A DNA stretch of 64,000 bases from Ostreococcus lucimarinus. Taxonomy: Eukaryota. Location of the stretch: assembly GCA_000092065.1 (NCBI GenBank), contig CP000587.1; one strand, 5' to 3'. Made by a program: the position numbers and the translations under genes. The notes below the pieces were generated by a model that saw only the letters and a program-made list of their open reading frames with translations, ran no database searches and was not told where the DNA came from. This document shows, one piece after another, positions 48,854 through 59,888 of the stretch (positions are counted from its first letter, which is position 1; every line of letters begins with the position of its first letter).

Positions 48854-49888
48854 ATGCGCGCTTCGAGCGCGTCACCGCGCGCGCACCGCGCGTTTCCCTC
48901 GCACACCGCGCGAAAGACGTCGCGCGAAAAAGCGTCGTCTCGGTCTCGCGCGGTGGCGGCGGCGTCGACTTCGGACGCACCGGGGCCGTTCGGGGACGAC
49001 CGAAACCTGCTCGTCGTCGGACCCGGTGTTTTGGGCTCGCGCATCGCGCGCGTGTGGCTGTCGAACTTCCCCGGGGCGGTGGTGGTCGGACAGACGAACA
49101 CCGACGCCGCGCACGACGGCTTGCGAAGCGTCGGCGTGACGCCGCGAACGAAGGATTTCGGTGCGGACGATCCCACGGCGACGCGGCGGTTTCCCTACGT
49201 CGTTTTCAGCGCGCCACCGAGTGGCAGTGAGGATTACCCGGGCGAAGTCGCGGCGGCGTTGAAGTATTGGGACGGCTCGGGCGCGTTCGCGTTTACGAGC
49301 TCGAGCGCCGTGTACAAGAATGAAGCCGGCGAGGCGTGCGACGAGGAGAGTGAAGTTTATGAAATAGGCACCAATCCTCGTGTCGATCGGTTGCTGAAGG
49401 CGGAAAAAGTCGTGTTAGACGCTGGTGGTGTGGTGTGTCGATTAGCCGGGCTCTATCACTCCGAGCGAGGCGCGCACAAGTACTTCATCAAGACGTCCTC
49501 GCTCGATTCTCGCGCCGACGCCTTGGTGAATTTAATTCACTACGAAGACGCCGCCGATCTGTGCTTCGCCGCGATGACGAAAGGAGCAAAGTCTCACATT
49601 TATCTCGGCACCGACGGCGTCCCGATCACCCGCGAGGCGATCGCGCGCGTCTCCGTGGAGTCTGGCGTCTACGGCGCCGACGCCGCCGCGCCCGCCTTCA
49701 CCAAAACCGACGGCCCGCTCGGTCGCGCCATGTCCAACTCCCGCACCAAGACCGAGCTCGATTGGTCGCCTCGGTACGAATCTTTCGAATCTTTCGCGTT
49801 GCGTCAGGGCGCGCGCGACTCGTACGCGCCCTGGAACGCGCCGACGCGTTCGCGCGGGTGGACCCCCGCGGGCGCGCGTCACGTGTGA
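48854..49888 (+). CDS. NAD(P)-binding epimerase/dehydratase-like (extended-SDR / NmrA-like) protein with an N-terminal transit-peptide-like extension
   Basis: A Rossmann start NLLVVGPGVLGSRIARVWL follows a ~70-aa S/R/A-rich presequence (MRASSASPRAHRAFPSHTARKTSREKASS...). Confidence 0.55.
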   Translation: MRASSASPRAHRAFPSHTARKTSREKASSRSRAVAAASTSDAPGPFGDDRNLLVVGPGVLGSRIARVWLSNFPGAVVVGQTNTDAAHDGLRSVGVTPRTKDFGADDPTATRRFPYVVFSAPPSGSEDYPGEVAAALKYWDGSGAFAFTSSSAVYKNEAGEACDEESEVYEIGTNPRVDRLLKAEKVVLDAGGVVCRLAGLYHSERGAHKYFIKTSSLDSRADALVNLIHYEDAADLCFAAMTKGAKSHIYLGTDGVPITREAIARVSVESGVYGADAAAPAFTKTDGPLGRAMSNSRTKTELDWSPRYESFESFALRQGARDSYAPWNAPTRSRGWTPAGARHV

Positions 49889-50126
49889 CGCCACCTAGCC
49901 ATATTATAGCCACCATTTATTCGATTAGACGACGGCTTCACACTATTTCACCTCCCGAACTGTATGCGCACACGAATAAAAGCCGATCACGCACAGCCCC
50001 ACGCGCGGCGTCGATCGCGCGCGCGCGCGTCATCGATTCCCGTCACTTCACCGCACGCGCGACGCCTCACACGCGTTCGTCGCCTCACCGCCCGTCGACG
50101 TCAAAAGAACCCAAAAAATTCTCGCA

Positions 50127-52474
50127 ATGTCGTCCGCCGCCGCCCTGAGCCCGGCCGCGCTCGCGCTCCGCGCCAAGCTCACCGCCAAGGTCCAAAACCG
50201 TCGCTCGCGCATGAGCGCCAAGGTCGTCACGCGCGCCGCCGTCGCCGCGCCGCCGGGCGTCTCCGCGGACACGGTGAACGACGCGATCAACACCGTGCGA
50301 TTTTTGGCGATCGACGCGATCAACAAGTCCAACTCCGGTCACCCCGGCTTGCCGATGGGCTGCGCGCCGATGGGCTACGTGATTTTCCGCGAAGCGATGA
50401 CGCACAACCCGAAGAACACGAAGTGGTTCAACCGCGATCGATTCGTGCTGTCCGCGGGACACGGGTGCATGCTGCAGTACTCTTTGATGCATTTGACCGG
50501 TTACCCGAGCGTTTCGGTGCGTTCGTCGCGACGCGCGCGCGCGGGCGACGCGATTCTCGAACGCGCGCGCCGATCGTGTGGATAAAGCCTCAAGTTGGGG
50601 TTTTGGATAAGAGCCCGCGCGGACGCGCGAAGGATGGACGCGAACGCGCGAGAGCGTCGCTCTGGCGGACGCGCGAGCGATGATGGAGATAAAACTCGAT
50701 GACTGACGATGAATGCGCGATGCACGCTCGACGCGCGTAGATTGAAGACATCAAGCAGTTCCGTCAGTGGGACTCCAAGACCCCGGGTCACCCGGAGAAC
50801 TTCATCACCGACGGCATCGAAGTCACCACGGGCCCGCTCGGTATGGGTATTTGCAACGCCGTCGGTCTCGCGATGGTCGAGAAGCACCTCGCCGGTCGAT
50901 TCAACAAGCCGGATTGCGAAATCGTCGATCACTACACGTACTGCGTCATGGGCGACGGCTGCAACATGGAGGGCATGTCCGGCGAAGGCGCGTCCCTCGC
51001 CGGTCACTGGGGCCTCGGCAAGTTGATTGTCTTCTATGACGACAACCACATCTCCATCGATGGTCACACCGACATCTCCTTCACGGAAGACGTCGTCGCG
51101 CGCTTCAACGCGTACGGCTGGCACACGCAACACGTCGAGAACGGTAACACCGACGTCGACTCGATTCGCGCCGCCGTCAACGCCGCCAAGGCTGACCCGC
51201 GCCCGTCGCTCATCAAGGTGACCACCTTGATTGGCTACGGTTCCCCGAACAAGTCCAACACCCACGACGTGCACGGCGCGCCGCTCGGTAAGGATGAAAC
51301 CGCCGCGACTCGCGAAAACTTGAAGTGGAAGTACGGCGAATTCGAAGTTCCGGAAGCCGTCAAGGCGTACATGGATTGCTCCGAAAAGGGCACCGCCGCC
51401 GAAGCCGAATGGAACGCCAAGTGGGCCACCTACAAGAGCAAGTACGCCGAAGATGCGGCCGAGCTCGAGTCCATCATGTCCGGCAAGTTGCCGTCTGGCT
51501 GGGAAAAGTCTCTCCCGACGTTCACGCCGGAGGACAAGGGTGTCGCCACGCGCATCCACTCCCAAACCATGCTCAACGCCCTCGGTGGCGCGATCCCGGG
51601 TTTCATGGGTGGTTCCGCCGATCTTGCGCCGTCCAACATGACGTTGATGAAGCAATTCGGTGACTTCCAAAAGGACACCCCGGCCGAGCGCAATGTTCGC
51701 TTCGGCGTCCGCGAGCACGGTATGGGTGCCATCGCCAACGGCATGAAGCTCCACTCCCCGGGTATCATTCCGTACTGCGCGACCTTCTTCATCTTCACCG
51801 ACTACATGCGTTGCGCCATGCGCATCGCCGCGCTCTCCCAAGCCGGTACCATCTTCGTCATGACGCACGATTCCATCGGCGTCGGCGAGGACGGCCCGAC
51901 TCACCAGCCGATTGAGCACGTCGCGTCCTTCCGCGCCATGCCGGGTATGGACATGGCTCGCCCGGCCGACGGCAACGAGACCGCCGCCATGTACAAGATG
52001 GCTGTCGAAAACTCGATGAACGGTGCCCCGACTACGTTGGCGCTCTCCCGCCAAGTCGTGCCGAACCTTGCGGGTACCTCCATGGAAGGCGCCGCCAAGG
52101 GTGCGTACGTCGTCCAAGGCGCCGCCGCTGGCGAAGCGTGCGACGTGATCCTCATCGGTACCGGTACCGAACTCGAACTCGCGTGCCAAGCTGGTGCCGA
52201 GCTCGAATCTAAGGGTAAGAAGGTTCGCGTTGTCTCCATGCCGTGCTGGGAAGCCTTCGAGCGCCAACCGGCCGCCTACCAAGAGTCCGTCTTGCCGGCT
52301 GCCATGCGCGCGAAGACCGTCTCCATCGAGGCGGGCACCACGTTCGGCTGGGCTAAGTACGCCGGCGCTTCCATCGGACATGACGATTTCGGCGCTTCGG
52401 CACCGGCCCCGATTCTGTACAAGCAGTTCGGAATCACTGCCGATGCCATGGCCGCGAAGGCGATGTCGTTGTAA
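50127..52474 (+). CDS. TKL: Transketolase, plastid-type (transit-peptide-like N-terminus), two exons, ~50127..50516 and ~50741..52474
   Basis: Exon 1 is [42 protein letters not shown].. (a green-type transit peptide) then ..[58 protein letters not shown], ending at a GTGCGT donor. A ~224-nt intron has a GATGACTGACGATG branch and a CGCGTAG acceptor. Exon 2 is [42 protein letters not shown]... and runs to the C-terminus. It is anchored to track ORFs 50127..50585 and 50843..52474. Confidence 0.9.
50517..50740 (+). other. Transketolase intron (GTGCGT...TAG)
   Basis: See the CDS entry. It contains GGGGTTTTGGATAAGAG..CGCGCGG, similar to the eIF3a intron. Confidence 0.8.
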
Positions 52475-52725
52475 GCGTAGGGACCGGATGTCGAAGCGTT
52501 GCGCTCGGGAAAATTCCCCGCAACGAGTCCCCGCAACGGACAGCCGCTCGTGCCACTTTAGTCGCGCACTTTTGATTGAAGTACTAATATAAATTCCTTC
52601 TCCTTTCCCGTCGTCGCCGTCCGTTCTCCTTTGCCGTCGTCGCCGTCCCGAGCTCCCGAGCTCCCGTCGCGCCGACGCCATCCCGAGCGTCGCGCCTCGC
52701 CGTCGCGACCGCACTCCGCGCCTCG

Positions 52726-53694
52726 ATGGGATGCGCGAGCTCGCGCGTCGACGTCGATCCCGCGTCGCATCGCGCGCTCGACCGGAGTTCGCCGCCGTCG
52801 ACAAGCGCCGCGGTCGCGACGTCGCGGTCGAGACGCTCGCTCGACATCTTTCACGACGCCCTGACGTCGTTTCGAGAACACTTTTCGAGCGCCTCGAAGA
52901 CGCACTGGGACGCCGCGCCGTGCGAGTGGCTGCGCGTGCGCGCCGCGTCGTACTTCGTGGACGCTAAAAAGGCACCACCGCGCGAGAGACCGCTGCTGAC
53001 GCTGCGACACGTCGATCTGTTCGATGGCTCGAGCCTGGCGAGCGACGGCGACGACGCGCGCGTCGATTTTTGTCGAACGCGACCGGAGAGTTGGTTCAGG
53101 CGCGAGTTCGAGCGCGACGGAGGAGCGACGACGGCGTGGACGTTCGCGATGCACTTCGTAAATCCGGATGGGGCGAATTTGGTGTGCTATTTTCAGCCCG
53201 AGGGCGACGGCGCGGAGAGCGTTCGCGACGCGCGGCGGTTGTGCGATTGGGTCGACGCGAATTCGTCGCCGTCGTTCGCCAAGACGTTGAGACGGTTCGT
53301 GGAGACCGATGATGACGCATATCGCGCGGCGAGAGTGAAGCTGTGCGCGAAACTTCATCCGCAGTCGCCGTTGATGTTGCGCAAGTGCGTGCCGACGAAA
53401 CCGGTGCTCGTGGGAAAACGCGCGTCGACGCGCTTTTTTCGCGGCGCCGGCGATACCGAGGGGTACGAGGACCGTTATTTAGAGTGTTGCATCGAGTGCG
53501 GGACGAGCGCGTCTGCGAAATATCTGTACAACATGTTCTCCGGGCTCAGCGCGCGGAGCGACGAGGATTTGGCGATATGGATCGAGGGCGCGCGCGAAGA
53601 CGAGTTGCCTGAGCGCGTGCTCGGCGCCGTGCGTCTGCGAAGGATTTCGCCGAAGTGCTTGACGAAGTTGACAAAACTACCTTTAGTTAGATGA
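52726..53694 (+). CDS. N-myristoylation-motif (MGC...) protein with a DUF1336 (EDR2 C-terminal-like) domain
   Basis: ATG GGA TGC at 52726 gives MGCASSR (Gly2, Cys3). ..[32 protein letters not shown]...[19 protein letters not shown].. resembles the DUF1336 core, recalled from memory. Confidence 0.45.
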   Translation: MGCASSRVDVDPASHRALDRSSPPSTSAAVATSRSRRSLDIFHDALTSFREHFSSASKTHWDAAPCEWLRVRAASYFVDAKKAPPRERPLLTLRHVDLFDGSSLASDGDDARVDFCRTRPESWFRREFERDGGATTAWTFAMHFVNPDGANLVCYFQPEGDGAESVRDARRLCDWVDANSSPSFAKTLRRFVETDDDAYRAARVKLCAKLHPQSPLMLRKCVPTKPVLVGKRASTRFFRGAGDTEGYEDRYLECCIECGTSASAKYLYNMFSGLSARSDEDLAIWIEGAREDELPERVLGAVRLRRISPKCLTKLTKLPLVR

Positions 53695-53767
53695 TCTCTT
53701 TAGCGAATTATTGTATGTGTGTATTAACCGATAGCGGCGTAGTATTATCGTCGTCACGAGACAGTCT

Positions 53768-54862
53768 CTACTCCTCCTCGTCCGGGAACAACGCGTCGAC
53801 GAACCCGACCGCGTCGAACGACTGCAAGTCTTGCATCGACTCGCCGACGCCAACGAACTTGACGGGAATCCCCAACTCATCCACCACGCTCACCACCGCG
53901 CCTCCTCGCGAGGTGCCGTCGAGCTTGGTCAAAATGATTCCCGTCACGCCCACGGCTTCGTTGAAAACGCGCGCCTGGTTGAGCATGTTCAACCCGGTGG
54001 TGCCGTCCAAGACGAGTAAAACCTCGTGCGGCGCGCTCGGCAAGCGCTTGGAGATGGAATTCTTCACCCCGACTAATTCATCCATGAGCTGAGAGTTGTT
54101 GTGCAATCGCCCGGACGTGTCCGCGAGCACGACGTCGACGTCGCCCCGCGCGCACGCCTCGTCCACCGCCTTGTAACACACCGCCCCCGGTTTGGTGTTC
54201 GGCGGCGAGTCGCTCATCACCGCTCCCGTGCGTTCAGCCCACGTCGCGAGCTGTTCGGCCGCCGCCGCGCGAAACGTGTCTCCCGGCACCATCATCACCT
54301 TCGCCCCGCTCTCCGCGAATCGATGACTCAATTTTCCCAGCGTCGTCGTCTTCCCCCCCCCGTTCACGCCCACCACCAACACCACGCTCGGTTCGCCCGC
54401 CGTCTCGTTCAATCCAATCTTCATCGCGTCCCCCGCCTTGGTCAACACCTCCACGATCGACGCCTTCAGCGCTCGCCGCACGTCCCCCCCCGTCTTACAC
54501 TCGCCTCGCTCCACGCGCGCGCGCACGCCGTCCGTCACCCGCGTCGCCGCCTTGGGCCCGAAATCCGCCCCCAGCAGCGTCTCCTCCAGCTCCTCCAGCG
54601 CGTCGTCGAAATCCTCCATGCGCCACAGCGCCAACACGTCGTTCACCGCGCTCAATCGCTCCCGCGTCTTCGACGTCCCGTTGAACACGCGCTCGACATC
54701 CATCGCCGTCTTCTTTCGCAGCACCGACGCGAGTTTGCCGAGATCGAATCCCGCGCGCGTCGCGATTCGTCTCGAGCGCGCGTCGCGACGCGCGGTGCGC
54801 GACGACGTCGACGTCGACGTCGTCGCGCGCGCGGGCGTCGCGCGCGTCGCGACGCGCGTCAT
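53768..54862 (-). CDS. cpFTSY: Chloroplast-type SRP receptor cpFtsY (bacterial FtsY homologue with presequence)
   Basis: NG domain: ..[46 protein letters not shown].., ..[19 protein letters not shown].., ..[32 protein letters not shown]... The R/T/S-rich N-terminus is [21 protein letters not shown]... (ATG at ~54862). The track start at 55117 is not needed. Confidence 0.85.
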   Translation of the reverse strand: MTRVATRATPARATTSTSTSSRTARRDARSRRIATRAGFDLGKLASVLRKKTAMDVERVFNGTSKTRERLSAVNDVLALWRMEDFDDALEELEETLLGADFGPKAATRVTDGVRARVERGECKTGGDVRRALKASIVEVLTKAGDAMKIGLNETAGEPSVVLVVGVNGGGKTTTLGKLSHRFAESGAKVMMVPGDTFRAAAAEQLATWAERTGAVMSDSPPNTKPGAVCYKAVDEACARGDVDVVLADTSGRLHNNSQLMDELVGVKNSISKRLPSAPHEVLLVLDGTTGLNMLNQARVFNEAVGVTGIILTKLDGTSRGGAVVSVVDELGIPVKFVGVGESMQDLQSFDAVGFVDALFPDEEE

Positions 54863-55144
54863 CGCGTCGCGGTGTGCCGCGCGCGGACGACGATCGGGCG
54901 ATGGTTGTGGATAAGGTCCGTGTAGAGTCTCAAACAGCAACCGCCCGCCCGGCGGCGTCGCGACGACGCGCGGCGCGCGCACACGGCGACGCGGGCGCGA
55001 ACGAGCGCGACGCGAGCGCACGACGCGTCGTTCGAACCGTCCGCGCAAGTCCGACGACCGCGCGAGAGTCCGACGACCGCGCGACGCGACGCGTTCGTAA
55101 AGCGAATCGCACGACATCGTTCGTAAGCGCGAGCTCGACGCGCG

Positions 55145-58100
55145 ATGATGACGACGGCGACGCGTCGACCGGCGACGACGGCGCGGTGGACGGCGACGCG
55201 GGATTTGGTGAAGAAGAATTCTTTGCGTCGAACGCGCGGGCGCGCGTGCGCGGCGCGCGTGCGGGCGAGCGCGCCGGAACCGCCGACGGTGCGTCGAGAC
55301 ATCGTCGCGCGACGACGCGAAACCCTGTGGATGGCGAGGGTGTGACCTAGGAGACGCGCGCGACGGAGGGCGAGGAGCGACGGCGAGGGCGCGGAGACTG
55401 ACGATGCGAGCGCGATCGGACGATTGATGCGATTAGGATCGAGCGAGCCCGTTCGGGTTCGAGCGCGAGATGGACGCGGTGGAGAAACAAATCGCGGCGC
55501 TGCCGACGGCGGCGCGGTTGGGGGCGTACGGCGCGCTCGTGGCGCTCGGCGCCGGATTGGGGAACGCGGTGGGCTCCGCGATGCCGGCGAACGTCAGGGG
55601 AGGGGCGAAAGCGGCGCTGACGGCGGTCGTCGGTGGTGGCGCCGCGTATGGGGTGTCGGTGGCGGATAAGAAGCGGTTCACGGCGGCGCCGAAGAGCTTG
55701 TGGAACTCGCTGCAGGGACGGGATCCGTTGAGCGTGACGGCTGAGGAAGTCAACGCGATGGGGGCGAAGTTTGGGATCGCGAACATGGGTCAATCGTGCG
55801 CGACGGCGATGACGGAGCTTTACGACGTCTACTTGATGTCTCTCGTGCCGCAAGGGTTGGATCCGGTGCAAGGTTGGGAAGCCGCGGCTTTGGCGCAGTT
55901 TCGCCAAACGCTCGGCATAGACGACGCCTCGGCGGCGCAGGCGCACTTGGAGGCTGGTCGTCGCTTGTTCAGAAAGCGCATCGAACTCGGATCGACGGAT
56001 AAGGAGACGGACTTGGAATCGCGCAAGGAGTTCCAAAAGCTCGTCTTCATCTCTACGCAAACCTTTGGCGAAGAGCAAGCGCGATTTTTGCTCCCGTGGA
56101 AGCGCGTGTTCCGCGTCTCGGACGCCCAAGTCGACTTGGCCAACAGAGACAACGCGAGCCAGCTGTTGCGCACGAGCTTGTCCAAATCTAACGCCATCGC
56201 TAACGTTGACGCCGCGGCGATCGCGTCGGCGGCTGACTACAAGGCGTCGCTGAATTTGGACGACGACGCCGCCGGTGAAATCGCCCAAGACCTCGCCACG
56301 GCGCACGTCGCCGGCATCGTCAACGGCACCATTACGTTGAACAAGGAACGTGGCTCTGCGCGTGACGTCGGTACGATTTGCAAGAACGTTGAACAAGTTT
56401 TGGCTTACAACGTCAAGCTCGAAGGCGCGCAAGGTTCTTTCCCGGGTGTTGGTCCGGTGACGCTGTTCGGCGGCGAGTTTGACTCGAAGATGACGGAACT
56501 CAAGGACGTGTTCAGAACCTACCTCGAGGAAGGCATCAAGGGTTACTCCTTCAGTGCCGCGCTCAACGACAACCTCGGCAAGCTCCGTCTCGTGTTTGGC
56601 ATGGGCAACAAGGAGGCAGACGACATTATTCTCGCCTCCACCACCGCCTCGTACCGCCTGGCGCTTCGCGACGCCGTCAAGAGCGGCTCGTTGGACAACG
56701 CCGAGTCTCCAGCCAAGGTGCTCCAAGGTTTGTGCGAAGGCCTCCGATTCCCTCCGGAAGTGGCTGCGGGCATTCACGAAGAGAACTATCGCACCAAGCT
56801 CGAGTCCATCATCTCATCGAATAAAAAGCTCGAAGACGCCGACGTCGAAGCCTTGGCTCGCGTTCGCAAGCTCTTGTGCGTGCCGAAGGGCGTCGTTGAG
56901 AAGCTTCACTTTGAAATCTGCGGCGAAATTTACCGCACCGCGGTTCGCTCGGCGCTTTCCGTGCCGACCGAGTCCTTCACTCCGGCGCTTCGCGACCGAT
57001 GCAAGGCTGCCAAGGCAAACGTTCGTCTCGACGACGAAACCGCGCTCAAGATTCTCGGCGCCGAGGCTCGCAAGCAAATGAGTGGTTTCATCCGCACGTC
57101 CAAGTCCATTAGAAACAAGACGGACGCGCAGAAGGAGATTCGCAAGATGATCTTCTACAACCAAGGCGTCGTGACGCCGCTCGTGCAGGACGTGACCAAG
57201 GCAAAGGCTGAGGCGGCGGCGGAGGAGCTCGCCTCGCTCTTGAAGGAGGCGCAAGAGGCGGCGGCGAAGGAGGAAGCGGAAGAGAAGGCGAAAGCCGCCG
57301 CGGAGGCTACCGCGGCGGAGCCTGAAGCCGCCGCTGAGCCCACGGTGGATGATAGCCTTCGAAGTGCGGCGGAGGGTCAAGGCTTCGCCAGTGACACCCC
57401 CAAGAAGGTTGAGGAAGTGAAGGCTGAGGCGGCGACGGAGACCGCGGAGGAGGAAGAGAAAGAGGAAGAAGTCGTCGTCAAGGAGGAAGAAGTCCCGCAC
57501 CAGAAGGAAGTCACGCTCGCCGAAGACATGGATGTGGTCACTCGCCAAGCGATGTACAGAGAATACCTCATGTTCTGCATGACTGGTGATCAAGTGAACG
57601 CCCCGATGGGCGTGCGCATCAACATCGAGCGCGACCAAAGCGAATTCAAGCGCTTGTCCCAGCTCGGCGATATCCTCGGCCTTAACATGATGGAAGTCGG
57701 TCAAGTGCACAAGGATCTGGCCGACAAGGCGTTCCGGACGCAAGCTGAGCAAATGCTCGGCGACGGCCGCGGCCTCACCGCCGATCGCGCCGAGAAGCTC
57801 AAGGAAATTCAGACGCAGCTCAACTTGCCCGAGGACGAGGCGCAAAAGATCATCAAGGGCATCACCTCGCAACGCATGATGTCCAACGTTCAGCAGCAAA
57901 TTGCTTCTGGTACGCTCGATGCGGCTGAGGTGAGAAAGATGATCGAAGCTGGCGTCGAAATCGAGCGCATGATTCCGGAAGACAAGCGCATGAACTTGTT
58001 CCGCAAAAACGCCGAGCGCCGTTTGGGCGACGGAAGCGGAAGCGCCGACATCGAAGCGCTCACGGGTACCTTGGTCGAAGATCTCAAGATTGATGGTGAG

Positions 58101-58448
58101 AAGGCCAAGACTGAGCTCAAGAACATCGCTGCCGAGAAGAAGCGCTCTCAAATGATTCAAGGCGTCGCTGTCTTGCGTCAAAAGAAGGCTGCCGACGTCC
58201 TCCTGTGCTGCCGCAACTTGGTCGCGTGCCAAGCCGTGGCGCCCGAGGCCAAGTTGGAGTGGAAGGTGGAATCTGAGGTGTTCGACATGTACTCTGTCTT
58301 CGTCCAAGAGTGCTCAGACGTGGAAGAGCGCAAGGTTCTTCAATCTGCTTTGAGCATTAGCGACGAAAGCGCCCGCAAGCTTGAACAAGTCGTCGCCGAC
58401 GGCGCGTTCAAGTTTTCCGAAGACTCGTTAGACGAGGCCCTCTTCTAG
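55145..58448 (+). CDS. TIC110: Tic110-like chloroplast inner-envelope translocon protein, 992 aa in the main ORF 55470..58448, with a possible upstream transit-peptide exon at 55145..55345
   Basis: Two N-terminal hydrophobic helices (LGAYGALVALGAGLGNAVG and AALTAVVGGGAAYGV). A ~900-aa helical-repeat domain includes ..LVFISTQTFGEEQARFLLPWKRVFRVSDAQ.. and an E/A/K-rich acidic block, as in Tic110. The main ORF has a true ATG at 55470. The upstream ORF 55145..55345 encodes an R/T-rich MMTTATRRPATTARWTATRD.. and ends at AGG|GTGTGA, followed by a GAGACTGACGATG branch and a GCGCGAG| acceptor just before 55470. This is a tentative two-exon model. Confidence 0.6.
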
Positions 58449-58585
58449 TTTCTCGATCTAGATTGAGAAACGATCCACCGTAGCAAAGAATTGATTGATT
58501 CGAAACTTAAAGCTTTATTGTTGTCATTACGCATGTGGCACGAACAAAAGTCATCTAGATGCTAACGCTACTCTTCGCTCCGCGC

Positions 58586-59710
58586 TCAACTCGCGCCGAT
58601 GCCTCGAAACGCGCCAGCGGCGTCGAGAGCTTTGACGCTGCACGCGGCGACCACACCGACGGAAGTCGCCGCGCACGCCCCGACGACGAACGGCGCCACA
58701 CCGACGCCGCTAAGCGCCGACGCGCTCATGCATAAACCGACCGCCGCCATGGATGTCGGCAAAACCACGTTGGACGCGAAATCCCCCGTCGCCTTGTGGA
58801 AACGCTTCCACCGCGCGTCGTCGCGAACGGATTCCGTGGCGTCCCCGAGCGAACGCAGCGCCGCCATCGCGACGAACGCGATCAAAAACCCCGGCACGAG
58901 CGCCGGACGCTTCGCCGCCGCGCCCGCGCCCGCGTCCGCGCTCCTGAACGCGTACGCGAGATACGGAATCGCCAACGCCAGGGTGAGATTTCTCGTCAAC
59001 TTTGTCACCGTCGCCGCCTTAAACGCCATCTCATCCTCGAACGCGTCTCGAAACGTCATCCCTGCCCCGACGACCTGCGCCGTATCGTGCACGCTGAGCC
59101 CCAAAAACACCCCCGCCGGGACGCCGCCCTCCGGAAACAACCGCTTCGCCGCCCACGGATACGCCAGCATCCCGAGCGTCCCGTACGCCGCCACGTTCGC
59201 CACCGCCACCCCAATCTCCCGCTGACTCGCCCCGATCGCCGGCGCCAGTCCCCCGATCGCCGTCACGCCGCACACGCTCGTTCCCGCCGCCAGCAGCGCG
59301 CCCACCTTTCGCGTCAGCCCGCTCGCCGGTCCGAACCTTTCGCTCGCCGCCCTTCGCAGCGCCGGCGTCGCCGCGAGCCCGGTCGTCACCGTCGCCGCGA
59401 TCGCCGGCGCCGCCGCCGTCGCCGTCTCCCCGATCTCGCGCAACGAAAGCTTCGCCCCCAGCGCGGCGATCCCGAGTTTCAGCCCTCGATCCGCGCACGC
59501 CCGCGCGCCCGGCTCGAAGATTCTCGCGAACGCGGCCTCGCGCGTTCGAAATCTTCGTCGCAGCAGCGCCCCCCCGGCGATCGCGAGCGGCGCCGCGGGC
59601 GCGGGCGACGCCCCGTCGCGGTTCGCGACGCGTCCGATCGCGCCCGACGTCGCCGTCGCGAGCGCGCACGTCGCGAGCGCGAGCGCGACGCCCGCGGCTT
59701 TCGTCGCCAT
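58586..59710 (-). CDS. UPF0324/YeiH-family integral membrane protein (bacterial-type putative sulfate exporter family)
   Basis: ..GVFLGLSVHDTAQVVGAGMTF.. matches the YeiH signature G(S/T)xVHExAQVVAAG. Multiple TM helices are present. ATG at ~59710 (MATKAAGVALALATCALA). The longer track ORF to 59932 starts at a GTG. Confidence 0.7.
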   Translation of the reverse strand: MATKAAGVALALATCALATATSGAIGRVANRDGASPAPAAPLAIAGGALLRRRFRTREAAFARIFEPGARACADRGLKLGIAALGAKLSLREIGETATAAAPAIAATVTTGLAATPALRRAASERFGPASGLTRKVGALLAAGTSVCGVTAIGGLAPAIGASQREIGVAVANVAAYGTLGMLAYPWAAKRLFPEGGVPAGVFLGLSVHDTAQVVGAGMTFRDAFEDEMAFKAATVTKLTRNLTLALAIPYLAYAFRSADAGAGAAAKRPALVPGFLIAFVAMAALRSLGDATESVRDDARWKRFHKATGDFASNVVLPTSMAAVGLCMSASALSGVGVAPFVVGACAATSVGVVAACSVKALDAAGAFRGIGAS

Positions 59711-59888
59711 CGCGTCGGCAACCGCCGCGACAGAGCGACGCGGAGTGACGACGCGCGACGGCGCGACGGCGCGCGCGTTCGGGCGCGGGCGCGAAGAAAA
59801 AATCGACTCGCTCGACGGCGCGGTCGACGGGACGAGGCGCGACGGCGGCGAGCGACGGCGCGACGAAGACGCGAAGACGGACGACGAA

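Noticed and set aside
50501-52804. 767-aa minus-strand ORF antisense to transketolase. The same class includes other long antisense ORFs: 55347..56777 and 56814..58307 opposite Tic110, 33835..35115 opposite ISWI, 36745..38049 and 37226..38143 opposite SulP, 44034..45218 opposite eIF3a, and 29994..30941 opposite 6PGDH.
   Set aside because: The sense strands encode highly conserved, recognisable proteins. The antisense translations are Arg/Gly/Leu/Val-rich with no motifs. Long stop-free antisense frames are the expected artefact of ~65% GC with GC-rich third positions.
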